64,000 bases of DNA from Anaeromyxobacter sp. (lineage in GTDB: Bacteria; Myxococcota; Myxococcia; Myxococcales; Anaeromyxobacteraceae): positions 384,001 through 448,000 of the forward strand of contig JASGJN010000013.1 in NCBI GenBank assembly GCA_049840735.1. The letters run 5' to 3'. This document shows, in pieces, positions 9,957 through 21,674 of this stretch. The notes under the pieces were generated by a model that was given only the letters and a program-made list of their open reading frames with translations, did not search any database and had not been told where the DNA came from. Position 1 is the first letter of the stretch. The number at the start of each line of letters is the position of its first letter. A program made the position numbers and the translations under genes.

Positions 9957-10514
9957 ATGCACCGCCCCTTCGCCCGCATCCCGCTCCGCCCCGGCGCCGC
10001 AGCCGCCGCGGTGAGCCGCCTGGCCAACGCCGTCGAGGCCCGCGCGCGCGAGCTGGCGCCGCTCATCGACCTGCACCGCGCGCATCTGGAGTCGTCGGCC
10101 CCCGGCCGCGCCCGCTCCACCGGCGAGCACGCGCTGGACCTGGTCGCGCTGGGGCTGCGCTGGAAGGAGCAGCAGGCGCCGGCGCCGCAGGCCGCGGGCC
10201 CGGAGGATCTCGACCGGCTGGTGCGGCGGCTGGCGGCGCGCCGCCACGACGCCTCGGAGCTCTCGCGGCTGGAGGCCTGGCGCGACTTCGCGCGCGCGGC
10301 GCGGACGCCGCAGGTGGTGGGGGACGCGCTGCAGCTGGCCGACTGGTTCGCCGCCGCCGTGGACGAGTCGCTGCCGCCCGACCTGGCCGACGCGGACGAG
10401 GCGCTCTCGCTGCTCCGCACCGAGCTTCTGGGCCGCGCCCTGCGGCGCCGCACGCTCCGCCCCGCCCCGGCCCACCCGCGGCCGCCCGCCGCCGCCGCTC
10501 GCGCGCGCGGATAG
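9957..10514 (+). CDS. Hypothetical all-helical protein
   Basis: AGGAG RBS, typical codon usage, fills the gap. Confidence 0.65.
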   Translation: MHRPFARIPLRPGAAAAAVSRLANAVEARARELAPLIDLHRAHLESSAPGRARSTGEHALDLVALGLRWKEQQAPAPQAAGPEDLDRLVRRLAARRHDASELSRLEAWRDFARAARTPQVVGDALQLADWFAAAVDESLPPDLADADEALSLLRTELLGRALRRRTLRPAPAHPRPPAAAARARG

Positions 10515-10519
10515 CCGGC

Positions 10520-13078
10520 TCAGCGCCGCGCGCCGGCCCCGGCCTGGCGCGCCCGCAGCCGCTCCAGCACCGTCAGGAGATCGGGCTTCTCCGCCAGCAC
10601 GGGGCGGAGCGGGTCGTCGCCCAGCCGCGCCGCGCGCGCCGGGACGCTGCGGATGGTGAAGCGGGCCGGGTCGAGCCGCGGCCCCACCTCGCTCCAGCGC
10701 AGCGGCGTCGAGACCGGCGCGCCCGGGCGCGGCCGCACCGTGTAGGGGGCGGCGATGCTCTTGCCCAAGCCGTTCTGCAGGTAATCGAGGTAGACCCGCC
10801 CGCCGCGCGCCGGGAGGGCGCGCGCGGTGGTGGCGATGTCCGGGTGCTCCGCCTCGACCACGCGGCAGAGCAGCTCGCCCAGCGTGCGCGCCTGGGCGTG
10901 GGTGAGCTGGCGGCCCAGCGGCAGCAGCACGTGGAGCCCGCGCTGGCCGGTGGTCTTGGGGAAGCTGGGCAGCCCCAGCTCGTCGCAGAGCGCGTGCACC
11001 GCCCTGGCCAGCTTCACCACGTGGGCGAACGGCGCCTCCTTGGGATCGAGGTCCACGATGCACCAGTCCGGCTGCTCCAGCGCACCGGCCCGCCCGGCCA
11101 GCACGTGGATGGGGATGGTGCCCAGGTTGACCAGCCAGGCCAGCCCGTCGGCGTCGTCCACCAGGAAGTGCTCCAGGTCGCGGTCCGACTCGCCGGCGTG
11201 GAGCGTGACCGTCCGGAGCCAGGGCGGCCGCCACTTCGGCGCGTCCTTCTGGAAGAAGCTCTTGCCCTCGATGCCGTCCGGATAGCGCGTCAGCACCAGC
11301 GGCCGGTCGGCCAGGAAGGGCAGCATCCAGGGGGCGATGGCCCGGTGGTAGGCCACCGAATCCCCCTTGGTGATCCCCTCGCCGGGGAAGAAGACCTTCT
11401 CCGGGTGGGAGATGCGCACCTCGCGCGGCTCATCCCTCGCCGGCGGCGGCGCGGGCGGCGCCGGGCCGGGGTCGGTCCGGCCGGCCGGCTCGCGCGCCGT
11501 CTCCTCCACCCGCTTGTCTTCGCGCACCCGCAGGAAGACCGGCTGGCGCAGCAGCCCGTCCGCGGTCCACTCGGTGAACCGCACCTCCACCACCAGCTCC
11601 GGCTCCACCCAGGTCAGCCCGCGCGTGCGCGGCACCGGGCCGCCGCAGGGGGGCGTGCGGCGGGCCCGCGGCGCGAGCCGGGCGTGCAGCGCCGTGAGCT
11701 GCGCCTCGGTGAAGCCCGAGCCCACCTGGCCGGCGAAGGTCAGCGCCGGCTTCCCCGGGCCGTCGCCGGGCTCCGCGGCCGCCAGCAGCAGCGCCCCGAA
11801 ACGGCTGCGACCGCCGCCCGGACGCGTGAACCCCACCACCGCCAGGTCGGCCGTGCAGGCCACCCGGACCTTGAGCCAGGCCGGCGAGCGGCCGGCGCGG
11901 TAGGGCGCGTCGAGCCGCTTGGCCACGATTCCCTCCAGCCCGCGCCGCTCCACCTCCTCGAACAGCGCCCTCCCCTGCCCCAGCACGTGGTCGGCGAAGC
12001 GGATGGGGCCGAGCCGCGGGGCCACCTCGGCCAGCAGCCGCTTGCGCTCGCCCAGCGGCAGGTCGCGCAGGTCGCGCCCGCCCAGCCAGGGCAGGTCGAA
12101 GGCGTAGAAGGTGGCCGGCCGCTCCAGCGCGGCGCGCGCCACGTCCTCGCGCTGCGAGAGCTGCCCGCGCCCCTGGATGGCCTGGAAGGACGGGCGGCCG
12201 TCGGGTCCGGTCACCACCACCTCGCCGTCCAGCGCCGCGTCCACCGGCAGGCGCGAGAGCGCCAGCGCCACCTCCGGGAAGAGCGCGGTGGCGTCGGCGC
12301 CGCTGCGGTAGCGGAGCGACACCTCCGCGCCCGACCGGCGCGCCAGCAGCCGGTAGCCGTCGTACTTGAGCTCGAAGAGCCAGCCCTGGCCGTCGAAGGG
12401 GGCGTCGCGCCGTTCCGCCAGCATGGGCGCGAGCTCGCGCGCGCCGGGCGCCCGCGCCGGCGCCCCCAGCCGCACCGCCTCCGCGACCGCGGCCTCGGCG
12501 CGCCCGGTGCCGGCCGCCACCTCTTCCAGCGTCCGGCCGGACAGGACCGAGGTCTCGTCCAGCGCCCCGGCGCGCCCGGCCCAGGCGTCGCCGCGGTGCT
12601 TGAGCAGCAGCCACTGCCGCTTCCCGCCCTCCACCTGCCGCGTCCGCACCAGCGTCCACTCGCCCTGCAGCTTGTGGCCCAGCAGCTGGAACACCAGCTT
12701 GCCCTCGGCCAGCCCCGCCTCCGGATCGCCCACCGGCAGCCACGCACCGCGGTCCCAGACGATCACCGCGCCGGCGCCGTAGTTGCCGGCGGGGATGATC
12801 CCTTCGAAGTTGGCGTACTCGACCGGGTGGTCCTCCACCTCGACCGCCATCCGCTTCTCGGCGGGGTCGTAGGAGGGCCCCTTCGGGACGGCCCAGCTGC
12901 GCAGCGTGCCGCCCAGCTCCAGCCGGAAATCCCAGTGGAGCCGGCGCGCCGCGTGCTTCTGGATCACGAAGGAGCGCAGCCGCGCGTCCGGTCGGACGGC
13001 TGGACGCGCCGCGCCGAACGGCTCGGGGGTCCGCTGCGGATCGCGCATGGCGCGATATCGGTCCAGCCGATCGACCAA
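10520..13078 (-). CDS. ligD: NHEJ DNA ligase D (phosphoesterase-ligase-polymerase)
   Basis: PE domain FVIQKHAARRLHWDFRLE..SWAVPKGP; ligase ELKYDGYR, EGIVAK; polymerase RYPDGI, DLDP, KTTG.RGLH; start probably TTG 13078 or ATG 13048. Confidence 0.96.
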   Translation of the reverse strand: MVDRLDRYRAMRDPQRTPEPFGAARPAVRPDARLRSFVIQKHAARRLHWDFRLELGGTLRSWAVPKGPSYDPAEKRMAVEVEDHPVEYANFEGIIPAGNYGAGAVIVWDRGAWLPVGDPEAGLAEGKLVFQLLGHKLQGEWTLVRTRQVEGGKRQWLLLKHRGDAWAGRAGALDETSVLSGRTLEEVAAGTGRAEAAVAEAVRLGAPARAPGARELAPMLAERRDAPFDGQGWLFELKYDGYRLLARRSGAEVSLRYRSGADATALFPEVALALSRLPVDAALDGEVVVTGPDGRPSFQAIQGRGQLSQREDVARAALERPATFYAFDLPWLGGRDLRDLPLGERKRLLAEVAPRLGPIRFADHVLGQGRALFEEVERRGLEGIVAKRLDAPYRAGRSPAWLKVRVACTADLAVVGFTRPGGGRSRFGALLLAAAEPGDGPGKPALTFAGQVGSGFTEAQLTALHARLAPRARRTPPCGGPVPRTRGLTWVEPELVVEVRFTEWTADGLLRQPVFLRVREDKRVEETAREPAGRTDPGPAPPAPPPARDEPREVRISHPEKVFFPGEGITKGDSVAYHRAIAPWMLPFLADRPLVLTRYPDGIEGKSFFQKDAPKWRPPWLRTVTLHAGESDRDLEHFLVDDADGLAWLVNLGTIPIHVLAGRAGALEQPDWCIVDLDPKEAPFAHVVKLARAVHALCDELGLPSFPKTTGQRGLHVLLPLGRQLTHAQARTLGELLCRVVEAEHPDIATTARALPARGGRVYLDYLQNGLGKSIAAPYTVRPRPGAPVSTPLRWSEVGPRLDPARFTIRSVPARAARLGDDPLRPVLAEKPDLLTVLERLRARQAGAGARR

Positions 13079-13120
13079 GGTCAGCCTGCCAGGGAGCCTG
13101 CCCCTCCCTATAACCTGCGC

Positions 13121-14038
13121 ATGGCCCCGCGCTCGATCGCCACCGGCACCGTCAGCTTCGGGCTGGTCTCCATCCCGGTCCGGCTCTACGCCGCCACGCA
13201 GCCCTCGGCGGCCGTCTCCTTCAACCTGCTGCACGCCAAGGACGGCGCGCGGCTCAAGCAGCAGTACGTCTGCGCGCTCGACGGCGAGAAGGTGGAGCGC
13301 GAGGACATGGTGAAGGGGTACGAGTTCGCCAAGGACCGCTACGTCACCTTCACGACCGAGGAGCTCAAGGCGCTCGACGAGCTGGCCACGCAGACCATCG
13401 ACATCGCCGAGTTCGTGCCGGCCGGCGAGGTGGACCCGGTCTACTTCGACCGCGCCTACCACCTGGGCCCGGACAAGGGCGGCGCCAAGGCCTACCGGCT
13501 GCTGGCCGAGGCGCTCCGGCTCTCCGGCAAGGCGGCGCTGGCGCGCTACGCGGCGCGCGGCAAGCAGTACCTGGTGCTGCTCCGCCCGGCCGCCGGGGCC
13601 CGGCTGGTCATGCAGCAGCTGCTCTACGCCGACGAGGTCCGCTCGCCGGAGGAGATCCCGGTCGAGCAGGTGGAGCTGAAGGAGCCCGAGGTGCAGCTGG
13701 CCCTGGCGCTGATCGAGCAGTCCGGCTCGGCCGGCTTCCACCCGGAGCGCTACGAGGACGCGGTGCGCAAGCGCGTGCTGGAGGCCATCGAGCGCAAGGT
13801 GGAGGGGCAGGAGATCCAGGCCGCGGCGCCGGCCGGGGCGCCGGCGCAGGTGATCGACCTGATGGAGGCGCTCAAGGCCAGCCTGGCCGCCGCCGGCGGC
13901 GCCCCGCCGGCCACCGGTCCCGCCGAGCCCGCCGCCGGGCCCGTAGCCGCCGAGCCCCCCGCCCCGGCGCGCAAGCCGCCGCGCCGGGCGCCGGCGCGCG
14001 AGCCTGGCCGGCCTGCGCGCGCCACTTCCAAGAAGTGA
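13121..14038 (+). CDS. ku: NHEJ Ku protein
   Basis: GTVSFGLVSIPVRLYAAT, VKGYE, VDPVYFDRAY, VIDLMEALKASL, basic tail. Confidence 0.96.
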   Translation: MAPRSIATGTVSFGLVSIPVRLYAATQPSAAVSFNLLHAKDGARLKQQYVCALDGEKVEREDMVKGYEFAKDRYVTFTTEELKALDELATQTIDIAEFVPAGEVDPVYFDRAYHLGPDKGGAKAYRLLAEALRLSGKAALARYAARGKQYLVLLRPAAGARLVMQQLLYADEVRSPEEIPVEQVELKEPEVQLALALIEQSGSAGFHPERYEDAVRKRVLEAIERKVEGQEIQAAAPAGAPAQVIDLMEALKASLAAAGGAPPATGPAEPAAGPVAAEPPAPARKPPRRAPAREPGRPARATSKK

Positions 14039-14889
14039 GCGGCCGTGCCAACCTGCGCCACGTGACGTGGGGGTATCGCACGCAGGACGTGGCCCGCATG
14101 CTGGGGCTGCGCGAGGCGGAGGTCCGGCGCTTCGCGCGCGCCGGCTTCGTCACGCCCGGCCGCGGGCCTCGCAACGCCCTGCGCTTCTCGTTCCAGGACC
14201 TGGTGCTGCTCCGGGCCGCCGCCGGCCTGGTGCAGGCGCGCATCCCGCCGGCCCGCGTCCGCCGCGCCCTGCGCCGGCTCCGGGCGCAGCTCCCCGCCGG
14301 CCGGCCACTGGCCTCGGTGCAGGTGGCGGCGGAGGGCGACCAGGTGGTGGTGCGCGACGCCGGCGCGCGCTGGAAGCCCGACACCGGCCAGCAGCTGTTC
14401 GACTTCGAGGTCCGCGACCTGGCGCTGCAGGTGGCGCCGCTGGTCCGCGCCGCCGCGACCGCCAGCGCCCCCGCGCCCCTCGACGCCGAGGGCTGGTACG
14501 CCTGGGCCTGCGATCTGGAGGGCGAGGCGCCGGACGAGGCGGTGGCCGCCTACCGCGAGGCGCTGGCCGTGGACGATAGGCACGGCGGCGCCCACCTCAA
14601 CCTGGGCCGGCTGCTGCACGAGGGGGGCGACCCGCGCGCCGCCGAGCTGCACTACCGGCGCGCCCTGGAGGACCCGGCCCACCGGGCCCTGGCGGCCTTC
14701 AACCTGGGCGTGGCGCTGGAGGACCAGGGGCTCGAGGACGAGGCGCTGCTGGCCTACGCGCGCGCCATCGAGGCCGACCCGGCGCTCCCCGAGGCCCACC
14801 ACAACCTGGCCAGGCTGCTGGAGCGCATGGGCCGGCGGGCCGACGCGCTCCGGCACCTGGCGACCTACCGGCGGCTGACGCGGGCCTGA
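14035..14889 (+). CDS. MerR-type HTH plus TPR protein
   Basis: YRTQDVARMLGL..VRRF..GFVTP..FSFQDLVLLR, GQQLFDF, TPRs (AHLNLGRLLH, AFNLGVALED, AHHNLARLLE); GTGA overlap with ku. Confidence 0.85.
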   Translation: MSGRANLRHVTWGYRTQDVARMLGLREAEVRRFARAGFVTPGRGPRNALRFSFQDLVLLRAAAGLVQARIPPARVRRALRRLRAQLPAGRPLASVQVAAEGDQVVVRDAGARWKPDTGQQLFDFEVRDLALQVAPLVRAAATASAPAPLDAEGWYAWACDLEGEAPDEAVAAYREALAVDDRHGGAHLNLGRLLHEGGDPRAAELHYRRALEDPAHRALAAFNLGVALEDQGLEDEALLAYARAIEADPALPEAHHNLARLLERMGRRADALRHLATYRRLTRA

Positions 14890-14900
14890 GGGGCGGGCGC

Positions 14901-15632
14901 CTACTTCTTGCTGCCCGGCCAGGGCGCCGGCACCTTGTGCGCGGGCGTGCGGGCCTGGGCGGACTTGCCGCTGGCGTTGGTGGCCGAGCCGGAGTCGAGC
15001 GCCACCTTGGCCTGGCGGGCGCTGGCGAGCCCGTCCTCCATCACGTTCTCGATGTTGTCGAGCCAGCCCTTGAGCGCCGCGTCCTTTCCCGACTGCGAGT
15101 CGCGCATCTTCTTGAGCAGGTTCTCGTCCTGCTCGTAGTCGTGGATCACCAGCGACGTGTAGGCCTTGTCGAAGTCCCGCCCCTGCTTGCTGCGGAGCTG
15201 GTCCACGGCGGCCTTGGACTGCGCCTGCGCCTCGGCGGTGGGCGCCGCCAGCTCGTCGATGCCGCGCTCCTTCGCGATCTGCGCCATCTGCACGCTGACC
15301 TGGGTCCGGTCGTTGTTCACCTTCTGCGAGAGCTGCCGGACCTCGTTGGTCACCGCCTGCTGCATGGCCAGCTGCGCGGCGCCCAGCTGCCCATGGTTGC
15401 GGGCGTGCAGGAACATGAGCTGGTGGCGCAGCTCCAGGCTGATGGCGCCGGTGGTCCCGCCGCCCGGTGTCGCGCCGGGCGAGGCAGGCGCCGGCGCGGG
15501 CGACGTGGGGGTGGGCGAGCCGGGGTCCTTCGGCGCGGGGAAGCCGGGCGGCGTCTGCGCGGCGGCGTTCCCGGCCAAGGCCAGGAGCGCGGCCGCGAAG
15601 GCAGCCAGCCGGAAGGTCGTCTGTGCGGTCAT
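14901..15632 (-). CDS. DUF4142 domain exported protein
   Basis: Signal peptide, Pro-rich linker, QLAMQQAVTNEVRQL, LRSKQGRDFDKAY. Confidence 0.75.
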   Translation of the reverse strand: MTAQTTFRLAAFAAALLALAGNAAAQTPPGFPAPKDPGSPTPTSPAPAPASPGATPGGGTTGAISLELRHQLMFLHARNHGQLGAAQLAMQQAVTNEVRQLSQKVNNDRTQVSVQMAQIAKERGIDELAAPTAEAQAQSKAAVDQLRSKQGRDFDKAYTSLVIHDYEQDENLLKKMRDSQSGKDAALKGWLDNIENVMEDGLASARQAKVALDSGSATNASGKSAQARTPAHKVPAPWPGSKK

Positions 15633-15717
15633 GTCGCTCTCCTCCTCTGTGCCCAAAAGATGCGCCCGCGGCGATGCCGGGGCATCACCGCGGGCGCGAG
15701 GAGGCGAGGGATGGCCG

Positions 15718-16729
15718 CTAGGTCGTGGGTCGGGGCGGCCGGGGGACGCCCGGCTGCGCCGGGCGCGCGGCGGGCGCCGCGGGCAGCGCGCTGTTCCGCG
15801 CCGGGTCCACCCCGCGCAGCACGTTCATGGCCGAGGCGACCATGGAGCCCACGTCGGAGAGCGTGGCCGGCAGGATGACCGTGTTGTTCACCTTGGCCAG
15901 GTGGCCGAACTGCTCCACGTACTTCTCGGCCACGCGCAGCTGGACGGCCTCCACGCCGCCCTCCGCGTTGATGGCCTCGGCCACCTTGTGGAGCCCCTGC
16001 GCGGTGGCGTCGGCGATGGCCAGGATGGCCTGCGCCTGGCCCTCGGCCTCGTTGATCTGCCGCTGCCGGGCCGCCTCGGACTCCTTGATGACCTGCTGCT
16101 TCTTGCCCTCGGCGGTGTTGATGGCCGCGTCGCGCTCGCCCTCGGAGGTGAGGATCACCGCGCGCTTCTCCCGCTCGGCCCGCATCTGCTTCTCCATGGC
16201 GGCCAGCACGTCCTGCGGCGGGGTGATGTTCTTGATCTCGTAGCGCAGCACCTTCACGCCCCAGGGGCCGGTGGCCTTGTCCAGCTCGGCCACCACCATG
16301 CTGTTGACGTGCGAGCGCTCCTCGAAGGTCCGGTCGAGGTCGATCTTGCCGATCTCGGAGCGGAGCGCGGTCTGCGCCAGCTGCGTGATGGCGTAGTAGT
16401 AGTCGTTGATGCCGTAGGACGCGCGCTGCGCGTCGAGCACCTTGAGGTAGAGGATCCCGTCCACCGCCACCTGGACGTTGTCCTTGGTGATGCAGAATCT
16501 GCTCCGGGATGTCGATGGCCTGCTCCTTGAGCGTGTGCCGGTAGCGGATCACGTCGAAGAACGGGACCAGGATGTGGAACCCGGCGTCGAGCACGGCGTT
16601 GAAGCGCCCCAGGCGCTCCACCACGAACGCGTTCTGCTGCGGGACCACCACCGCGATCTTGACCACCACGACCAGGGCGAACACCGCGACCAGGACGGCC
16701 ACGACGAGCCCGATGCTGAGCGTCTCCAT
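15718..16729 (-). CDS. SPFH/stomatin (QmcA/paraslipin) protein, frameshift near 16497
   Basis: VVERLG, ITKDNV restored by deleting one base, QTALRSEIG, QMRAEREKRA. Confidence 0.92.
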
Positions 16730-16754
16730 CTGCGTCTCTCCCCTTCCGCGCGCC

Positions 16755-17178
16755 TCAGGCGGCGCGCACCCACAGGACCAGCCCGTCCACCCGCTCGACC
16801 GTGCAGCGCTGCCCGGCCCTCAGCGGCGCGCCCGTGGGCTCCCGGGCGCTCCAGGGGGCACCCCGCAGCTCCGCCCTGGCCTCGCCCCCGGCGGCCAGAA
16901 TCCTCCAGCATCACCACCTCCTGGCCCACCAGCGAGTCCACCGGGACCCGGGGACCGGACTGCAGCCGGGCCTGCAGCCGCTGGCGCAGCGTCACCAGCA
17001 GCACCACCGAGACCAGCGTGACGACCAGCCACTGCACCGTGGGCGGCACGTCCAGCGCGGCCAGCAGCGCCCCGGCCAGCGCGCCCACGCCGAAGAAGAG
17101 CGCGAACAGCCCACCGGGCGTGACCAGCTCCAGCACCAGCAGCGCGAACGAGACGACGACCCAGAGCCACCAGGCCAT
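16755..17178 (-). CDS. Short NfeD/YbbJ family protein, frameshift near 16900
   Basis: WWLW..LVLEL..PG, SLVG, restored AELRGAPWSAR...VERVDGLVLWV; adjacent to SPFH gene. Confidence 0.88.
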
Positions 17179-17301
17179 GTAGGACTCCCCCTGTCGCGGT
17201 GATGGTACCACCGCTCACCGCGTCGCGGGCCGCGAAGCGGCGCAGCGCCGCGCCCAATCGGCTTGTGGGCGACGGGTGCGGCGGTCTACGCTCGGTCCCT
17301 C

Positions 17302-17991
17302 ATGCTGCCGCGACTGGAGGGGATCGTGGCTGCCGCGCTCGCCGCCGCGTCCTCGCCGGACCGGCTGGGCGACCGCGCGCGCCAGCTGCTGGAGGACGAG
17401 GACCTCCAGCGCGCGCTGCCGTCCCCGAAGCCGCCGGACGTCCCGCGCCCGTCGAGCTGGGACCTGCACCTCCCGGACTGGCTCGAGGACCTCTTCGACT
17501 TCTCGGTCGAGCCGCTGGCGCTGCTGGTCCGGCTGCTGATCATCGCCGGCGCCGCCGTCCTGGTGGCGCTGCTGGTGGTGGCCATCGCGCGGGCCGCGGC
17601 GCGGCTCGGGCGGCGCCGCCGGGAGGAGCTGGCGCCGGAGGAGGCGCAGGGCCCGGTGGAGATCCCCATCGCCAGCGCGCGGTCGCTGGCCGCCCAGGGG
17701 CGCTGGGACGAGGCCATCCACTCGCTGCTGCTGGAGACGCTGCAGGCCCTCTCGGCCGCGGCGCGGCTCACGCCCTCGCTCACCTCGCGCGAGATCCTGG
17801 CCCAGGTGGCGCTGCCGGACGCCGCCCGGCAGGCGCTGGCCGGCCTGGTCGCGGCGGTGGAAATCTCGCGCTTCGGCGGTGAGCAGCCGGGCCAGGCCGA
17901 GTACCAGGCCTGCCTGGCCCAGTTCCAGGTCTTCCTGGCCCACTACCGCGACGGCGGCCAGGCGGCCCGGGCCGCCAGGAGCGCGGCGTGA
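17302..17991 (+). CDS. DUF4129 domain membrane protein
   Basis: LAAQGRWDEAIHSLL, SLTSREIL, VEISRFGG; first gene of the MoxR cluster. Confidence 0.8.
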   Translation: MLPRLEGIVAAALAAASSPDRLGDRARQLLEDEDLQRALPSPKPPDVPRPSSWDLHLPDWLEDLFDFSVEPLALLVRLLIIAGAAVLVALLVVAIARAAARLGRRRREELAPEEAQGPVEIPIASARSLAAQGRWDEAIHSLLLETLQALSAAARLTPSLTSREILAQVALPDAARQALAGLVAAVEISRFGGEQPGQAEYQACLAQFQVFLAHYRDGGQAARAARSAA

Positions 17992-19407
17992 GCGGCGGCG
18001 GCGCGTTCAGCCGGCGGGCGGTGGTGGCGCTGGCCGTGGCCGGCGCGCTCTCGCTCGCGGCAGCCTTCGTCCTCGGGACCGTCGGCGACCAGCTGGCGGA
18101 GCCCCTCTCCGCCGCCCCGGACGCCTGGAGCCGCTCCGCGCTGGGCCACCGCGTGCTGCTCCAGCTCCTGCGCGAGGAGGGGCACGAGGTCCACCTCTCG
18201 CGCCACGGCACCGGGCGCAAGGCGGCCGACGGCGCGCTGGTGGCGCTGCTCGAGCCCCGGCAGCTGGAGGCCGGCGACCGCCTGCCGGACGCCACGCTGG
18301 AGGGGATCGCCGCGCAGGCGCACCGGCTGGTGGTGGTCCTGCCCAAGCGGTCCGGCGCGGCCGACCCGCAGCGCCGCGGCTGGCTGCGCGACCACGAGCT
18401 GCTCTCCAACCGGCCGGCGGAGCGGATCCTGTCGCTGCTCGGGCTGGAGGGCGACGTGATCAGGCCGCCGAAGCTGGGCGCCTGGCAGGGCGAGCTGCCC
18501 GCCCCCACCCTGCACGACGCGCAGCTGATCCGCGGCGCCCGGCTGCGCCCGCTGCTCTGGACCGACGAGGGCGTGCTGGTGGGCGAGGCCGAGCTGCTGG
18601 TGACGCCCGCGCCCGCGGGGCAGACCGGCGAGGGCCCCGAGGGCGAGGACGCCTCCGGCCCCGCCGCCGCCCAGGACGACGAGGACGGGGACGGCGAGGA
18701 GGAGGCCGCGGGGGACGAGGCGCCCGAGGCGGCCTCGCCGCCCGACGCGGCCGACGCCGCGGACGAGCCCTTCGCCTCCTGCGACGGGGACGAGCCGGGC
18801 GGCTGCGACGGCGTCCGCCGCGTGCTGGTGGTGGCCGACCCCGACCTGATCGCCCACCACGGCCTCGGGGAGGGGCGCAACGCGGAGATCGCCGTGGGGG
18901 CGCTGCTGCGCCTGGCGCGGCCGGGCGAGGCGGTGGTGGTGGACGAGATCCTGCACGGCCACGAGGCGCAGCCCTCGGTCGCCGCCGAGGTCTTCGCCTT
19001 CCCGCTGGTGCTCACCACGCTGCAGGCGCTGGGCACGGCCCTGCTGCTCTGCGGCGCCGCGGTGGCCGGCTTCGGCCGCCCGCGCCGCGCGGCCGACGGG
19101 CTGGCGCCGGGCAAGACCTTCCTGGTCGAGAACACCGCCGAGCTGCTGCACGCCGGCGGCCACGTGGCCGAGGCCCTGACCGCCTACCTCCGCGCCGCGC
19201 GCGAGGAGGTGCTGGCCCGCGTCCACCCGCCGCCCGGGGAGAGCCCCGACGCCTGGCTGCGCCGCGTCGAGGCCACCCGCGGGCAGGAGGGCGCGCTGGC
19301 CGCGCTGGAGGCCCGGGTCGCGAGGCTGCGGCGCCGCCGCCACGGGCTGGAGCACGAGGCGATCCGGACCGCCAGGGACATTCACCGCTGGAGAGAGGAG
19401 CTGACGG

Positions 19408-19422
<15 letters not shown>
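17988..19422 (+). CDS. DUF4350 domain protein (stop restored near 19420 by removing one G)
   Basis: N-terminal [39 protein letters not shown]. Confidence 0.75.
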
Positions 19423-20361
<939 letters not shown>

Positions 20362-20365
<4 letters not shown>

Positions 20366-21674
20366 TCGCTCCCACCCCTCGCGCGGTGGTGCTGGCGGCG
20401 GCCGGGCTCCCGGTGGCGCTCCTGCCGGCGCTCGTCTCCCCGCGCTCTGGGGCGCGTGGCTGGTGCTGGCCTCGCTCACCGCGCTGGCCATCGGGCTGGA
20501 CGTCCTGCTGGCCGTCCCCGGCCGGCACCTGCAGGCGGAGGTGACGCTCCCCGACCGGCTGGCGGTGGGCGATCCCGGCGAGGCGGTGGTGACGCTGCGC
20601 GCGCCGCGGGCCGCGGGGCGCACCGAGGTGCTGCTCGACCTGCACCCCGACCTCGAGCCGCAGCCGGCCGCGGCGGTGCACGTGCCGGGCGGCGAGGGGG
20701 CGCGCCTGGCCATCCCGCTGCTGGCGCGCCGCCGCGGCAAGCCGACGGTGGACGCGCTCTGGGTGCGCTGGACCGGGCCGCTGGGGCTGACCAGCCGGAC
20801 CCGCCGCGTGCACCTGGGGCGCGCCGTGCCGGTGACGCCCAACCTGAAGCCGGTGCGCGCCGCCGCCTTCCGCTACTTCGCCTCGCAGACGGTGGAGGTG
20901 GGGGCCCAGGTGGAGCGGTTCCTGGGCGACGGCTCGGAGTTCGACGCCCTGCGGGAGTACGTGCCCGGGCTCGACCCGCGCGCCATCTCCTGGAAGGCCT
21001 CGGCCCGCCACCGCGAGCTGCTGGTGCAGGAGTTCCGCGCCGAGCGCAACCACCAGGTGGTGCTGGCGCTCGACACCGGCCACCTGATGGCCGAGCCGCT
21101 GGACGGGATCCCGCGCCTCGACCACGCCGTCAGCTCGGCGCTGCTCCTCTCCTACGTCAGCCTGCGCATGGGCGACCGGGTCGGCTTCTACGGCTTCGAC
21201 CGGACCGCGCGCGCCTGGGCCGAGCCGCAGGGCGGCCTGGGCGCCTTCCCGCGGCTGCAGGCCCTCTCGGCCGGGCTCGACTACTCCACCGAGGAGACCA
21301 ACTTCACGCTGGGCCTGACCGAGCTCTCCACCAGGCTGCGGCGGCGCTCGCTGGTGGTGGTCTTCACCGACTTCGTGGACACCGTCACCGCCGAGCTGAT
21401 GCTGGAGAACCTGGGGCGCCTGGCGCGCCGGCAGCTGGTGGTGTTCGTGACCCTGCGCGACCCGGCGCTGGACCGCCTGGCGCTGGCCGGGCCGCGCCGG
21501 CTGGGCGAGGTCTACCGCTCGGTGGTGGCCGCCGACTTCGTGCGCGAGCGCGAGCGGGTGCTGGCCCGGCTGCGCCGGATGGGGATTGCCTGCGTCGAGG
21601 CGGCCCCGGGCCAGCTCTCGGCGCGGCTGGTGAACCGTTACCTGGACATCAAGCGGCGGGAGCTGATCGCGTGA
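20362..21674 (+). CDS. DUF58 (VWA-like) protein, frameshift near 20438
   Basis: [30 protein letters not shown]. Confidence 0.92.

Noticed and set aside
10844..13120. Long N-terminal extension of Ku, and of LigD out to 13741
   Set aside because: Each extension is the antisense shadow of the other gene; family motifs begin at 13121 and about 13078
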